DNA of 64,000 bases, from the NCBI GenBank assembly GCA_026413945.1, contig JAOAJX010000003.1:1-64000 (forward strand), in the 5' to 3' direction. Both the position numbers and the translations under genes were made by a program. Position 1 is the first letter of the stretch; every line of letters begins with the position of its first letter. This DNA comes from Candidatus Iainarchaeum sp. GTDB lineage: Archaea; Iainarchaeota; Iainarchaeia; Iainarchaeales; DTGL01. Positions 47,763-57,111 of the stretch are shown here, in pieces. The notes under the pieces were generated by a model. It did not search any database and had not been told where the DNA came from. It worked only from the letters and a program-made list of their open reading frames with translations.

Positions 47763-49010
47763 TTAACTGCTAAAAACTAAAACTTTGCCACGCGAAAGCT
47801 TGAATTTTTCAGAGCTTTTCTTTTCGTTTTCATTTTTCTCAAATTTTATTGTATTCCTTTTTGGATCAACTTCCACAATCTTTCCAAGCCATTTTCCAGA
47901 AGTATCATAAGCAGGCAAACCTATCATGATTTTTGTTGCCTTTCTTGTAATGTCTAAAACATCAGCCAACTTAAAAGCTATGAGCAAGAGAACAAAACAA
48001 GCCATTATTGATAGAAGCATAAAATTAAGGTCTTCATTTCCAGCTATGACCAAAGTTGCTGCGTCCGCAATTATCCAGACTACTAGCACAGATGCGATAT
48101 ATAGTGTGTCCATTCTAAGCATGTATGCTTTTTTGAGATGTAAGTGATCCGCAATTCTACCCAAGCCAACGCAAATAGCAGCTATAGCAAAGAAAAGATA
48201 AGAGCCTTGAACAGCTTTTAAGTACTTGCCGCTATCAAAGAATGCAATTGGGTCAGAAATTGCTGCCTGGGCTATAGTATATATGCCCAGAATAGCTATT
48301 ACCAAGCTTCCAAGATAAAAAAGAAAAGATGTTCTTTGCGGAGATAAACTTCTGATAAGTTCCCTGTTCCACTTTGCAATCTTTACTTCTATGCCAAGCC
48401 CTTTCATAACTAAATAAATGCCAACGATGAAGAAAACACCTCTAATAAATAGGCCTTCAATTTCAAGCGCCAGAGTTATTGCATAGAATAAAAATATTAG
48501 GCCAGGTATGCCAAACACAATTCTTGCAATATACGGGTCGCTTAAGGCCTCTTTTATTGTATAGTATGCTGACTCAACTTGCTTTGCCTGCTTAACGATA
48601 ACAACTTCCTTTGAAATTATTTTTGAGCGCGAATTAAGTATTGGAATAACCTGATCATCTTCGGCCCCATCTGTTACCAATATAATGCCTTCAAAGGAAT
48701 ATTGTTTCTCAAGCTCATCAAGCTGCTCATTTAGCTTCTGATCTGATTTAATGCCAGATTTACCGTGACCTGTTATTGTCACAACCTCAAGATTTTCAAA
48801 GTCTTTTTTAATTTCATCATACATTTTTACAGCTGCAAAGATGCAATTTGCATCACTCTCAGTTGGATCTGCAAGAAGAAGCTTCTGTGCAGCTTCTATA
48901 TTTTTATCTCTGCCTATGACAGGCCCTTCCACGCGTGCCTTTCTTCCTAAGTCATTGTCTCGGTCAACACAGAGAATGATTGTAGAAGGTTTCTTTGACA
49001 TTACCACCAC
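47763..49010 (-). CDS. DUF373 family membrane protein
   Basis: ILCVDRDNDLGRK, DPTESDANCIF, VTDGAEDDQV.P and VIVKQA..VES.YY. Confidence 0.88.
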   Translation of the reverse strand: MVVMSKKPSTIILCVDRDNDLGRKARVEGPVIGRDKNIEAAQKLLLADPTESDANCIFAAVKMYDEIKKDFENLEVVTITGHGKSGIKSDQKLNEQLDELEKQYSFEGIILVTDGAEDDQVIPILNSRSKIISKEVVIVKQAKQVESAYYTIKEALSDPYIARIVFGIPGLIFLFYAITLALEIEGLFIRGVFFIVGIYLVMKGLGIEVKIAKWNRELIRSLSPQRTSFLFYLGSLVIAILGIYTIAQAAISDPIAFFDSGKYLKAVQGSYLFFAIAAICVGLGRIADHLHLKKAYMLRMDTLYIASVLVVWIIADAATLVIAGNEDLNFMLLSIMACFVLLLIAFKLADVLDITRKATKIMIGLPAYDTSGKWLGKIVEVDPKRNTIKFEKNENEKKSSEKFKLSRGKVLVFSS

Positions 49011-49106
49011 ATTAACTCCTTAATTTTTAAAGATTACTTATTTAAACATTCCACTTCTAAAATAATAGTAGGTGCACTATTATTTATTTTTTGCCCCCGT
49101 GATATT

Positions 49107-50081
49107 ATGGAAGGGAAAGAACGAAAAAAAGAGCGTTCTTATGCTTTAATTGCGTTTATTCTGCTTTTAGCCTTCATAATATATGCTAACAGAACTTCCT
49201 TAAGCGAATATTATCATGAGTTTCCCTGGCTTTTTGTTGTTTTATTTGTGCTTTTCTTGTTTTTTATGGCAGGCCTATTCGGGAAAGCTTTGATAGAGCT
49301 TAGGGAATACGAGCGTGCCGTGATACTTAGATTTGGTAAGTTCAATAGGGTTGGGGGCCCAGGCTGGACATTGGTGTTGCCTTTTATAGAGTCTCACATA
49401 CTAGTTGACCTTAGGACAAAAACTCTAGATGTTGAAAAGCAAGATGTCATAACGAAGGACTCTATAGAGGTAAAGATCGACGCAGTTATCTATTTGCGTG
49501 TTAAGAAAGACAAAGAAAGTGTTGCAAAATCAGTTCTTGAAGTTCAAAACCTAGAGCAAGCTTCACGCACATATATAATGGCTGCGCTCCGTGATGTCAT
49601 CGGAGCAATGGATTGTGCAGATCTAATCTCAAACATAGAAGCAGTGAACACCTATCTGCATGAAACGCTATCTGAAATAACAAAGCAATGGGGGGTTGAG
49701 GTTGTGGCAGTGCAGATAAAAGACCTAGATTTACCAGAACCGATACTAAAGGCAATGCATGAGCAAAAAGCAGCAGTGCAAGAAAAACTCGCTAGGCAGC
49801 AACGCGCAGAAGCACAAAAGATTGAAGTTGAAACAATAAATCAGGCTGCATGCAGACTTAACGAAAATGTTCTTAACTACCTCTATATAAAAGCCTTAGA
49901 AAAGATTTCTGATGGGCAAAGCACAAAAATTTTCTTCCCAGTGCAATTCACGGAGCTTGCACAGGCAATTTCAAACAGCATCGGCTCGAAAAACTCTAAC
50001 ATTGAGCCCCTGCTGAAAAAGGCAATTCAGCTTAATCTGGAGAAAGCAATAAAAAAGGCAAAAAGAAAAGGCAAAAAGTAA
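49107..50081 (+). CDS. SPFH/band 7 (stomatin-like) protein
   Basis: EYERAVILRFGK...GPG, VDLRT..DV..QDVITKD and WGVEV..VQIKD. Confidence 0.92.
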   Translation: MEGKERKKERSYALIAFILLLAFIIYANRTSLSEYYHEFPWLFVVLFVLFLFFMAGLFGKALIELREYERAVILRFGKFNRVGGPGWTLVLPFIESHILVDLRTKTLDVEKQDVITKDSIEVKIDAVIYLRVKKDKESVAKSVLEVQNLEQASRTYIMAALRDVIGAMDCADLISNIEAVNTYLHETLSEITKQWGVEVVAVQIKDLDLPEPILKAMHEQKAAVQEKLARQQRAEAQKIEVETINQAACRLNENVLNYLYIKALEKISDGQSTKIFFPVQFTELAQAISNSIGSKNSNIEPLLKKAIQLNLEKAIKKAKRKGKK

Positions 50082-50088
50082 GTATAAA

Positions 50089-51027
50089 CTACATGCGAAT
50101 TATCATAAATGCAAGCACCAAAAGATAAATGAGCGAAAGAGAAAAAGCAAAAAGATCATAACCCACTTTAGAGGCGGCTTCTATTGCTGCACCTACAAGA
50201 AGCGAAATGACTGCTGCTGCAATTATTATAAAAGAGTCGATCGTTATGCGTTCAATCTCCTTTGTGAAAAGCTTTTTTCTCGTAACTGCAACAGATATTA
50301 AGGCCCCGCCTATTGCTCCTAAAAAGTAGCCCATAAATTCAGGGACACCATGCGGTATAAGTCCCAAAAACTTGAAATGGTCTTTTGCCATAATTGTTTG
50401 GCCAACCCATGTTCCAACAACGCTTGCGTTCCAGCCTATTAGGAAAATAGCGCCCGCGCCAAAGACAAAAGACATTATGAGCGCCACAACCAAGACCCCA
50501 AAGTTGTTTTCAAATATCAAGGAAAACCAATAAAAGAACTCACCAAAAGTCGCCTCTTCAGAATCAACAGCTTTTCCTGTTTTGGCAGCAACGTTTGCAA
50601 CATAATCAAGCGCTTTTTGCTGTTCGCTAAAAATATATCCCTTGTTGGGTAGATAAATGCAACTTTTTGAGCTACACACTAAAGCATAATCACTCTCAGG
50701 AAGCGTCAAATACAGAATCACATACCCCGCAATTACGCCCATGGTCATATAGGAGTAAACTTGTATTAGCTCAACGTTTCTCTCAAAGAATTTCTCACAA
50801 AGCACAGGCACACGAGCTTCAGCTTTTTCTTCTCTTAAAAGGACATTGTGTATCAAAGGCATAGAGGCTATTGTTATGAATGCAATTGCAAGAAGACCGG
50901 CATTTTCACCCCTAAAAAAAGGATATATTATAAGATTGGAGCAAACGCTTACCACTAACCCAAAAAAAAGCATCAGGTAAGGTTTCTTTATTACCTGCTT
51001 GCCGCCAAGTAGCGCTTCTAAAACCAT
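50089..51027 (-). CDS. SpoIIM/DUF95-family membrane protein
   Basis: IFENN, WNASVVG, LIPHGVPE and AAIE motifs among multiple TMs. Confidence 0.82.
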   Translation of the reverse strand: MVLEALLGGKQVIKKPYLMLFFGLVVSVCSNLIIYPFFRGENAGLLAIAFITIASMPLIHNVLLREEKAEARVPVLCEKFFERNVELIQVYSYMTMGVIAGYVILYLTLPESDYALVCSSKSCIYLPNKGYIFSEQQKALDYVANVAAKTGKAVDSEEATFGEFFYWFSLIFENNFGVLVVALIMSFVFGAGAIFLIGWNASVVGTWVGQTIMAKDHFKFLGLIPHGVPEFMGYFLGAIGGALISVAVTRKKLFTKEIERITIDSFIIIAAAVISLLVGAAIEAASKVGYDLFAFSLSLIYLLVLAFMIIRM

Positions 51028-51130
51028 TATGGCACCTTAGAATATTTTAAATATCTTTGCAATGCTATATTGAATATAACATTGTTAATTTATTAGGTTT
51101 ATGCTTTTTTTATTTCTTATGGCGATAAAA

Positions 51131-51688
51131 ATGAAGCGCATTGTTGTGCCAGGGGAAGACCTAGCAGAAGTTGAAGAATTTATCGAAGGCGAAAATACTT
51201 ATCAAGAGGGTGAAAAAGTTCGTTCCGCTGTGGTGGGATTTGCAACTTATGACAGCAAAAGCCACGAGGTTAAGGTTGTGCCCGACAAAAGGGTAAAAGT
51301 TTTCGAGATAGGCACAAAAGTTATTGGGCAGGTTGTTGCCTCCAGAAAGACACGCATACTTGTGAATATAGCCCCAATAGAATGCAATGATGAAAGAATT
51401 GTTCTGCCAAAAACGAAGGCAACTCTTTTTGTTTCAAAGATTGCTGACAGGTTTGTTAAGGAAATTAGTGAAGAGTACAAGATAGGCGATATTATTGTTG
51501 CTGAAATAGATGACATAAAGCCATATGGGCTTTACCTTCGCACCAACAAACCCAACCTTGGTGTTTTGAAAGCTTTTTGTTCGCGTTGTAGGTCACCTTT
51601 ACACTACAATAATGCTAAGCTTTTGTGCAAGAAATGCGGCTCAATAGAGCATAGAAAAATAAGTTCGGAATATTCTATTAGGGATTAA
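51131..51688 (+). CDS. csl4: Exosome RNA-binding subunit Csl4
   Basis: IVVPGE, S1 domain (YKIGDIIVAEI) and LGVLKAFCSRC...CKKCG..E.RKIS. Confidence 0.92.
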   Translation: MKRIVVPGEDLAEVEEFIEGENTYQEGEKVRSAVVGFATYDSKSHEVKVVPDKRVKVFEIGTKVIGQVVASRKTRILVNIAPIECNDERIVLPKTKATLFVSKIADRFVKEISEEYKIGDIIVAEIDDIKPYGLYLRTNKPNLGVLKAFCSRCRSPLHYNNAKLLCKKCGSIEHRKISSEYSIRD

Positions 51689-51708
51689 TATATGTTGCAT
51701 GAGGTGTT

Positions 51709-51987
51709 TTGATGGAGATTGAAATTTTGAGGATGGAGAAAGATTTGCTCGAATTCAAAATGAAAGGTGAAAGGCACACTTATCCACAGCTTCTGAAACA
51801 TTATCTTTTGAAGAATCCAGACGTCGCTTTTGCAGCTTATAAACTTGAGCATCCTCTTAACAAAGATAGCCTATTCATAGTGAAAGTAAAGAAAGGCAAT
51901 CCACTTCAAGCACTAAAAGATGCAAATAAAGAGATAATCGCTGAGATTGATGAGTTTGAGCAGAAGCTTAAGGAAGCCCTTAAATAA
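51709..51987 (+). CDS. rpoL: RNA polymerase subunit L (Rpo11)
   Basis: GERHTYPQLL and VAFAAYKLEHPL; conserved position after csl4. Confidence 0.92.
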   Translation: MMEIEILRMEKDLLEFKMKGERHTYPQLLKHYLLKNPDVAFAAYKLEHPLNKDSLFIVKVKKGNPLQALKDANKEIIAEIDEFEQKLKEALK

Positions 51988-52561
51988 TAGCGCCTGTGAA
52001 AAAAACATCAGGGCTATTGGCATAGATGATGGCTTTTTCAAACAAAAGCAGACCAGAAGCACAAGAATAGTTGCCGTTTTAATGAGAGTCGATTCTCGAA
52101 TAGAAGGAATACTTTTTTCAGATGCGGCAGTTGATGGTCTAGATTCAACACAAAAAATTGTTGAAATGCTTTCCAGCAATAGGCGTAAATTCATTGGACA
52201 AGCAAAGGCGATTTTCCTTAGCGGAATAAACTTTGCCGGATTCAACATAGTCGATACAAATGAACTTTATTCTGTGCTTAAGGTTCCTATAATTGTAGTT
52301 TTTAGAAAAAGGCCAAGAATGCAAAAAATAGCAGGAGCACTAAAACACTTTAATGACTTTGAAATAAGGGCACAGCTTATAAAAAATGCAGGCAGAATTT
52401 ATAAGGCCGAGAAAATATTTTTCCAATGTAAAGGCATAAAGCCAAAAGAAGCTTCAACTCTTATAAAGCTTTTCTCTTTGCACTCAAATCTTCCTGAGCC
52501 GGTTAGAATTGCACATCTCGTTGCAAGCGCATCCACACTTGGAAGAAGCACTTCGCCTTAA
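51947..52561 (+). CDS. DUF99 family protein (endonuclease V-like); start uncertain
   Basis: IRAIGIDDGFF, VDGLDST, LSGINFAGFNIVD and LPEPVRIAHLVAS. Confidence 0.88.
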   Translation: MMSLSRSLRKPLNNSACEKNIRAIGIDDGFFKQKQTRSTRIVAVLMRVDSRIEGILFSDAAVDGLDSTQKIVEMLSSNRRKFIGQAKAIFLSGINFAGFNIVDTNELYSVLKVPIIVVFRKRPRMQKIAGALKHFNDFEIRAQLIKNAGRIYKAEKIFFQCKGIKPKEASTLIKLFSLHSNLPEPVRIAHLVASASTLGRSTSP

Positions 52562-52594
52562 ATTTTTGATGTTATAATTATTTGCTGTGATTGT

Positions 52595-53464
52595 ATGTCC
52601 TCGAGGGAAAAGATTAGGCCTGGAAGGAAATTAAAAAAAGAGAAGGGCAAAAGCAGAATATTGCTTGAAAGAATTACTAATAAGTTGAAATGGATTGATC
52701 CTTTCACTTATACTGATATATTTCTAGAGAAAATTGGACATAAGAAAAATAAGCTCGTTGCATGGCCTGTTGAGATCTTGGTTGCTTTCATTACCGCTTG
52801 GCTTTTATACCTAATATTCGGCTTTTTGCTTGGCACAAAGACACCCGCTGTGGTAGTGGTAAGCGGCTCAATGATACCAACCTTCTACAGGGGTGATATA
52901 ATGGTTTTGCAAGGTGCCACTTATAATTCCTTAAAAGCACCTGAAATTATTATCAACGAGAATATTGCTGGAAAACGCATCCGTGAATACGCTGTTTCAT
53001 ACTGTTCTCTTAGCAATAGCGATGAGCTTGTTGAATGCTCAAAATACTTTTTGCAAAGATGCAAAAGTGGGATTAAAACAAAAAAAGTTTGCATTATAAA
53101 CACAGGCGAATGCGTTGAAATTGGCAAAGATGGGGATATTGTTGTTTATTTTTCTGATACGCTTCGCGAGCCAATAATACATCGCGTTGTTGTCAAGATT
53201 AAAGCAAAGGATGGCAATTTTGTTCTTACGAAAGGCGATAACGCCAACACAAATTGTTTCCTTGACCAAGATGGCGGCATAGCAAGTAGTGCTGTTCCTA
53301 TCGAATTACTTGATGGCAAAACTGTTTTTATGGTGCCTTACCTCGGCTATATCAAGCTTTTACTCATGGATGATCTCCCTTGCGTAATAAGCAACCTTAT
53401 AAAGTCAGGCAAATATGATATTTGCACAAGATACTGGCCTGATGGCCGTCTTGGCTTTGGTTAA
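52595..53464 (+). CDS. Signal peptidase I (archaeal SEC11 type) with Cys-rich insertion
   Basis: VVVSGSMIPTFYRGD, IIHRVV and TKGDNA. Confidence 0.9.
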   Translation: MSSREKIRPGRKLKKEKGKSRILLERITNKLKWIDPFTYTDIFLEKIGHKKNKLVAWPVEILVAFITAWLLYLIFGFLLGTKTPAVVVVSGSMIPTFYRGDIMVLQGATYNSLKAPEIIINENIAGKRIREYAVSYCSLSNSDELVECSKYFLQRCKSGIKTKKVCIINTGECVEIGKDGDIVVYFSDTLREPIIHRVVVKIKAKDGNFVLTKGDNANTNCFLDQDGGIASSAVPIELLDGKTVFMVPYLGYIKLLLMDDLPCVISNLIKSGKYDICTRYWPDGRLGFG

Positions 53465-53507
53465 GAAAAATGCTACTTTTTTAAACCTAAACTTTGTATT
53501 TTTTTAC

Positions 53508-54191
53508 ATGGTTACTGCTAGTGAGCTCATGGAGATTGGCTTTACTGAAGAACAGGCAAAATCACTTCTAGAAAATGATTACTTCAAGAAGCAGTATTGT
53601 CCATGGACAAAGGAGCGCCTAACAGTCAAAATAAATCTCATAATTTCATTTTATGGAATAAAAAATGCACAAAAAGTTTTTAGCGCAGTTTCACAATATC
53701 CGCAATTCCTTAGCACCGATCATGAAAAAGCACTCCTAAAAATCAATGAATTTATACCACAGCTCAAAAAAAACAAAATAGCGGAGCTTATTCTGGCAAA
53801 CCCTTACTTAGTTTCAATGGACTGCAAGAAAGCATTTTCGTCAGCTTTAAAGGTTTATGGCAAGGAAAATGCCCCTGATGTTTTGCTATCTCTCCTTACG
53901 TTTCCTGGCTTCTCAAGGAAAAACCATAAAAAGAATCTCCAGAAGCTTCTTAAGATTTATGGTGATGAGTACAAACAAAGCATAATTCAAGCAATGCTTC
54001 GCGTTCCAGATTTTCCAAACTTCAATCACAAAGAAGCTATAAAAAAAGTCTTTAGGGAAGGCAAGGCAGCCGGGCTAACTGATAAGCAGTGTGTTGAGAT
54101 TCTTCTTAATATTGGTGCAAAGGCTGATTTTTCGCTAAAGAGTGCAAAAGAAGCAAAAGCAGCATTTGAAAAGATTGTTTCAGCGGAATGA
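53508..54191 (+). CDS. Helical-repeat protein (mTERF-like)
   Basis: Four ~35-aa repeats (YPQFLSTDHEK, NPYLVSMDCKK, FPGFSRKNHKK, VPDFPNFNHKE); likely start ATG 53508. Confidence 0.6.
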   Translation: MVTASELMEIGFTEEQAKSLLENDYFKKQYCPWTKERLTVKINLIISFYGIKNAQKVFSAVSQYPQFLSTDHEKALLKINEFIPQLKKNKIAELILANPYLVSMDCKKAFSSALKVYGKENAPDVLLSLLTFPGFSRKNHKKNLQKLLKIYGDEYKQSIIQAMLRVPDFPNFNHKEAIKKVFREGKAAGLTDKQCVEILLNIGAKADFSLKSAKEAKAAFEKIVSAE

Positions 54192-54622
54192 AGCTTAGCA
54201 ATCCCTTTTTAAAAGAATTTAGCGAACCACTTTTTATGGCTCAACAGGATCCATTGGCAGATTTTGAGGAAAATTTTGAGATTGGTACTGAAAAGCAATT
54301 TAAGAGAACTCCCGCAAAGGAATGCTACTTAAATGAGATAACAGGCAGCGAGCGCAGGATTGCGGCAATTGTTAGTATTATTTCTCTGAACCCCGAAGCA
54401 AAAACCGTGCTTGTATCTGATGGTACTGCAGAAGCAATTGCAATTTGCGAAAGATCTGAAATTTTTAGCCGCTTTAAAAAAGGAGCCATCATGCGGATAA
54501 TTGCAAACCCATTGAGCACAGCACCCATAAAGCTGAACCTCGAGATAGCACAAGAATTAAAAGATTTTGATGCTAATCTATTCAGAAAAGTAAAACAAGA
54601 GTGGGGAAAATTAAGGCAATGA
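54188..54622 (+). CDS. OB-fold protein (RPA small-subunit-like)
   Basis: KRTPA, VLVSDGTAEA and KKGAIMRII OB-fold pattern; directly upstream of PCNA; alternative start 54236. Confidence 0.65.
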   Translation: MKLSNPFLKEFSEPLFMAQQDPLADFEENFEIGTEKQFKRTPAKECYLNEITGSERRIAAIVSIISLNPEAKTVLVSDGTAEAIAICERSEIFSRFKKGAIMRIIANPLSTAPIKLNLEIAQELKDFDANLFRKVKQEWGKLRQ

Positions 54623-54623
54623 G

Positions 54624-55379
54624 GTGATTTATATAAGACTTGTATTTGAGAATGCAAATGCATTCAGGAAGAACATCGAGGCAATAGCAGCCTTGATTGA
54701 TGAAGCCGAGTTTATCGTAAGTGAAAAAGGCTTAACACTCAAAGCAACGGACCCGAGCCAAATAGCAATGGTTGACTTTGAAATGCCTAAAAACTCATTT
54801 AAGGAATTTCAAGTTGATAAGGAATTAAAGCTCGGGGCTGATATGGACTACTTCAGGCAGATAATGTCAAGGGCAAAGGCAGATGATGTTATCGTGCTTG
54901 AAATTGGTGCAGATAAAGCCGCCCTTTCTATAAAATTTCTAGGTAAATCCTCAAGAAGTTTTTCAATGCCTTTGATTGACGTTTCAAAAGGCCAAATCCC
55001 AAATCCAAAAATAGAGTTTGAAGCTGAGCTTTCTTTGAAAGCCGGGCTCATTCAAGACTCTTTGAAGGACGCAGAAATACTCTCAGCCCACATAATCTTT
55101 GGAGTTAGAAACGGAATCTTTTATGTATCTGCAAACAGCAGCAGAGGAACATTTGCCCACGAGGTTCAAAAAAACGATAGCTCAATTAAAAAGTTTGAAG
55201 CGACTAAAGATTGTAAAGCAATGTTTCCGCTTGACTATCTCAAAAATATGCTGAAAGTCCTTTCTAGCGAAGACGAGCTGAAACTTTTTCTAAAAAGTGA
55301 TGCGCCACTCAAGCTCGAGTTTATGAATGAAAAGGCAAGAATAACGTATTATCTCGCGCCAAGGATTGATGTTGAGTAG
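54624..55379 (+). CDS. pcn: PCNA sliding clamp (copy 1)
   Basis: LIDEAEF, LKATDPSQIAMVDF, FPLDYLKNM and YYLAPRI. Confidence 0.95.
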   Translation: MIYIRLVFENANAFRKNIEAIAALIDEAEFIVSEKGLTLKATDPSQIAMVDFEMPKNSFKEFQVDKELKLGADMDYFRQIMSRAKADDVIVLEIGADKAALSIKFLGKSSRSFSMPLIDVSKGQIPNPKIEFEAELSLKAGLIQDSLKDAEILSAHIIFGVRNGIFYVSANSSRGTFAHEVQKNDSSIKKFEATKDCKAMFPLDYLKNMLKVLSSEDELKLFLKSDAPLKLEFMNEKARITYYLAPRIDVE

Positions 55380-55396
55380 CTTTCAGTTGAATGCAA

Positions 55397-56275
55397 TCAG
55401 AGTGCTATTAATGCTACTCCCACGGCGGCAAGTAATGCACCCAATGCTTTTAATTTGAGGCTTTCTTTGCTAAAATCCTCTTTAAAAAAATTTGGCAATA
55501 AGCTGCTTAAAGCATAAGATAAACTAAAAACTATGATGGGTTGTATGCCGCCAACAGCACCTATGAGAGCTGCTTCTGCCATATGCAATGAATTTAATCT
55601 GAGAATGTGCCCAAATAAAAAGCAAACTTGGCTTGCAAATGCAATTTTTATTAGTTTTGGCTTTTCCCTAAAATTTTCAAAAAGTTTTTTCAGATAAATT
55701 GGCGAAAATGCTGTTATCGCCAAAACAGCAATTATCATATTCCATAAGAAAACACTCCATGCATCATATTTTTGAAGCACGGACTTAAGAGTTATGAAAT
55801 ATATTGCAAAAATAAATGAGCTTGCTGTAGCAGCGATTGACCAGCGATCAAACTTTAGCCCACTTTTTTTTGAAACAAGCAGTGAAGCCGTAACTATGCT
55901 AATTACACCTAAAACTTTAACTGCACTTGGCCTTTCTCCTAGAAAAATTATGGCTAATATCATTATGAATACTGGTGCAGTTTGCAGCACAACAATAATG
56001 CGAGAGGCTTCAGATTTTTGCATTATCTTGTAATAAAGAGCACCACCCACCATGCCAAGAAGAGTTGCGATTGATAGTGCTAAAAATGACTCTCCATCCA
56101 ACATTGCTGGCGGCCATATAATAGTTAAAATTGCCAGAATTGGGGCCATAAGAATATTACATGCAGCAATGCTCAAAAGTGGGTTTTTAGTGTATCTGTC
56201 AACAAGAATTTTATCAAATATGTTTGCAAATGAGAAGAAAAATATTGCGGAAATAATAAGTAATAGCCAAAGCAT
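55397..56275 (-). CDS. EamA/DMT family transporter
   Basis: About ten TMs in two repeats; P.F...LAIIFLGER.S motif. Confidence 0.88.
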   Translation of the reverse strand: MLWLLLIISAIFFFSFANIFDKILVDRYTKNPLLSIAACNILMAPILAILTIIWPPAMLDGESFLALSIATLLGMVGGALYYKIMQKSEASRIIVVLQTAPVFIMILAIIFLGERPSAVKVLGVISIVTASLLVSKKSGLKFDRWSIAATASSFIFAIYFITLKSVLQKYDAWSVFLWNMIIAVLAITAFSPIYLKKLFENFREKPKLIKIAFASQVCFLFGHILRLNSLHMAEAALIGAVGGIQPIIVFSLSYALSSLLPNFFKEDFSKESLKLKALGALLAAVGVALIAL

Positions 56276-56385
56276 TATTCTTGCTATAATGGAAAGGTTT
56301 ATATATTTTAAAGCCGTTGCTATTTTTCAAAAGCAGGGAAACAATTTAAATTCTTCTCACCCTATTCTTAATAGGCGGTGTTGGG

Positions 56386-57108
56386 ATGATACAGGTTTCG
56401 AAAGTCCAGCCTTTTCAAGCAGCAATTCGTGCAGTTGCAAGCTTTATATCTGAAGCGAATTTCAGGTTCAACGAAAATGGTCTTTCTCTAAAAGCCATAG
56501 ATCCAAGCCAGATAGTGCTAGTAAGCTATACTGCGCCAAAGGATTTTTTCAGCAAGTTTTCCGTTGAACCAGCGCTAATCGGCTTAGATATGGAAGAGCT
56601 CAATAAGGTTGTAAAAAGGGCATCATTAACAGATACCCTTTCCATAAGCATTGAAGACTCCTTCTTGAGCATTTCTGTTTCTGGGACGCTTGAAAGGACA
56701 TTTAAGTTGCCGCTTATTGATGTGCTTGAAGAAGATCCAGAAATACCAGAAATACAGCACGATGCGAAGATTGAAATACAGGCACGCCTTCTTCAAGAAG
56801 CTCTGAAGGATGCTGCGCTTTTCGAGAGTAGCGTTGTTTTGCGGGTTGAGAACTCAAAGCTTTTCATTGAAGCGAGAGGATCTCACGGAATGCTTAAAAC
56901 AGAAGCAAAGCATCAGGATCTTGTGAAAGTAAAGGCAAAAGCAAACGTTGTTGGAAAATATTCCCTTAATTTCCTTGAAAACATTGTAAGGGAAGCTGAT
57001 CCGAACGAAATGATAACAATGGAGCTCAAAAACGAGACACCAATGAAAATAAGCTACAATATAGGCTCAACCAAAATACAATTTTACCTAGCACACATGA
57101 TTTTGTAG
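56386..57108 (+). CDS. pcn: PCNA sliding clamp (copy 2, divergent)
   Basis: FISEANF, LKAIDPSQIVLV, FKLPLIDV, YSLNFLENI and FYLAH. Confidence 0.9.
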   Translation: MIQVSKVQPFQAAIRAVASFISEANFRFNENGLSLKAIDPSQIVLVSYTAPKDFFSKFSVEPALIGLDMEELNKVVKRASLTDTLSISIEDSFLSISVSGTLERTFKLPLIDVLEEDPEIPEIQHDAKIEIQARLLQEALKDAALFESSVVLRVENSKLFIEARGSHGMLKTEAKHQDLVKVKAKANVVGKYSLNFLENIVREADPNEMITMELKNETPMKISYNIGSTKIQFYLAHMIL

Positions 57109-57111
57109 TTT

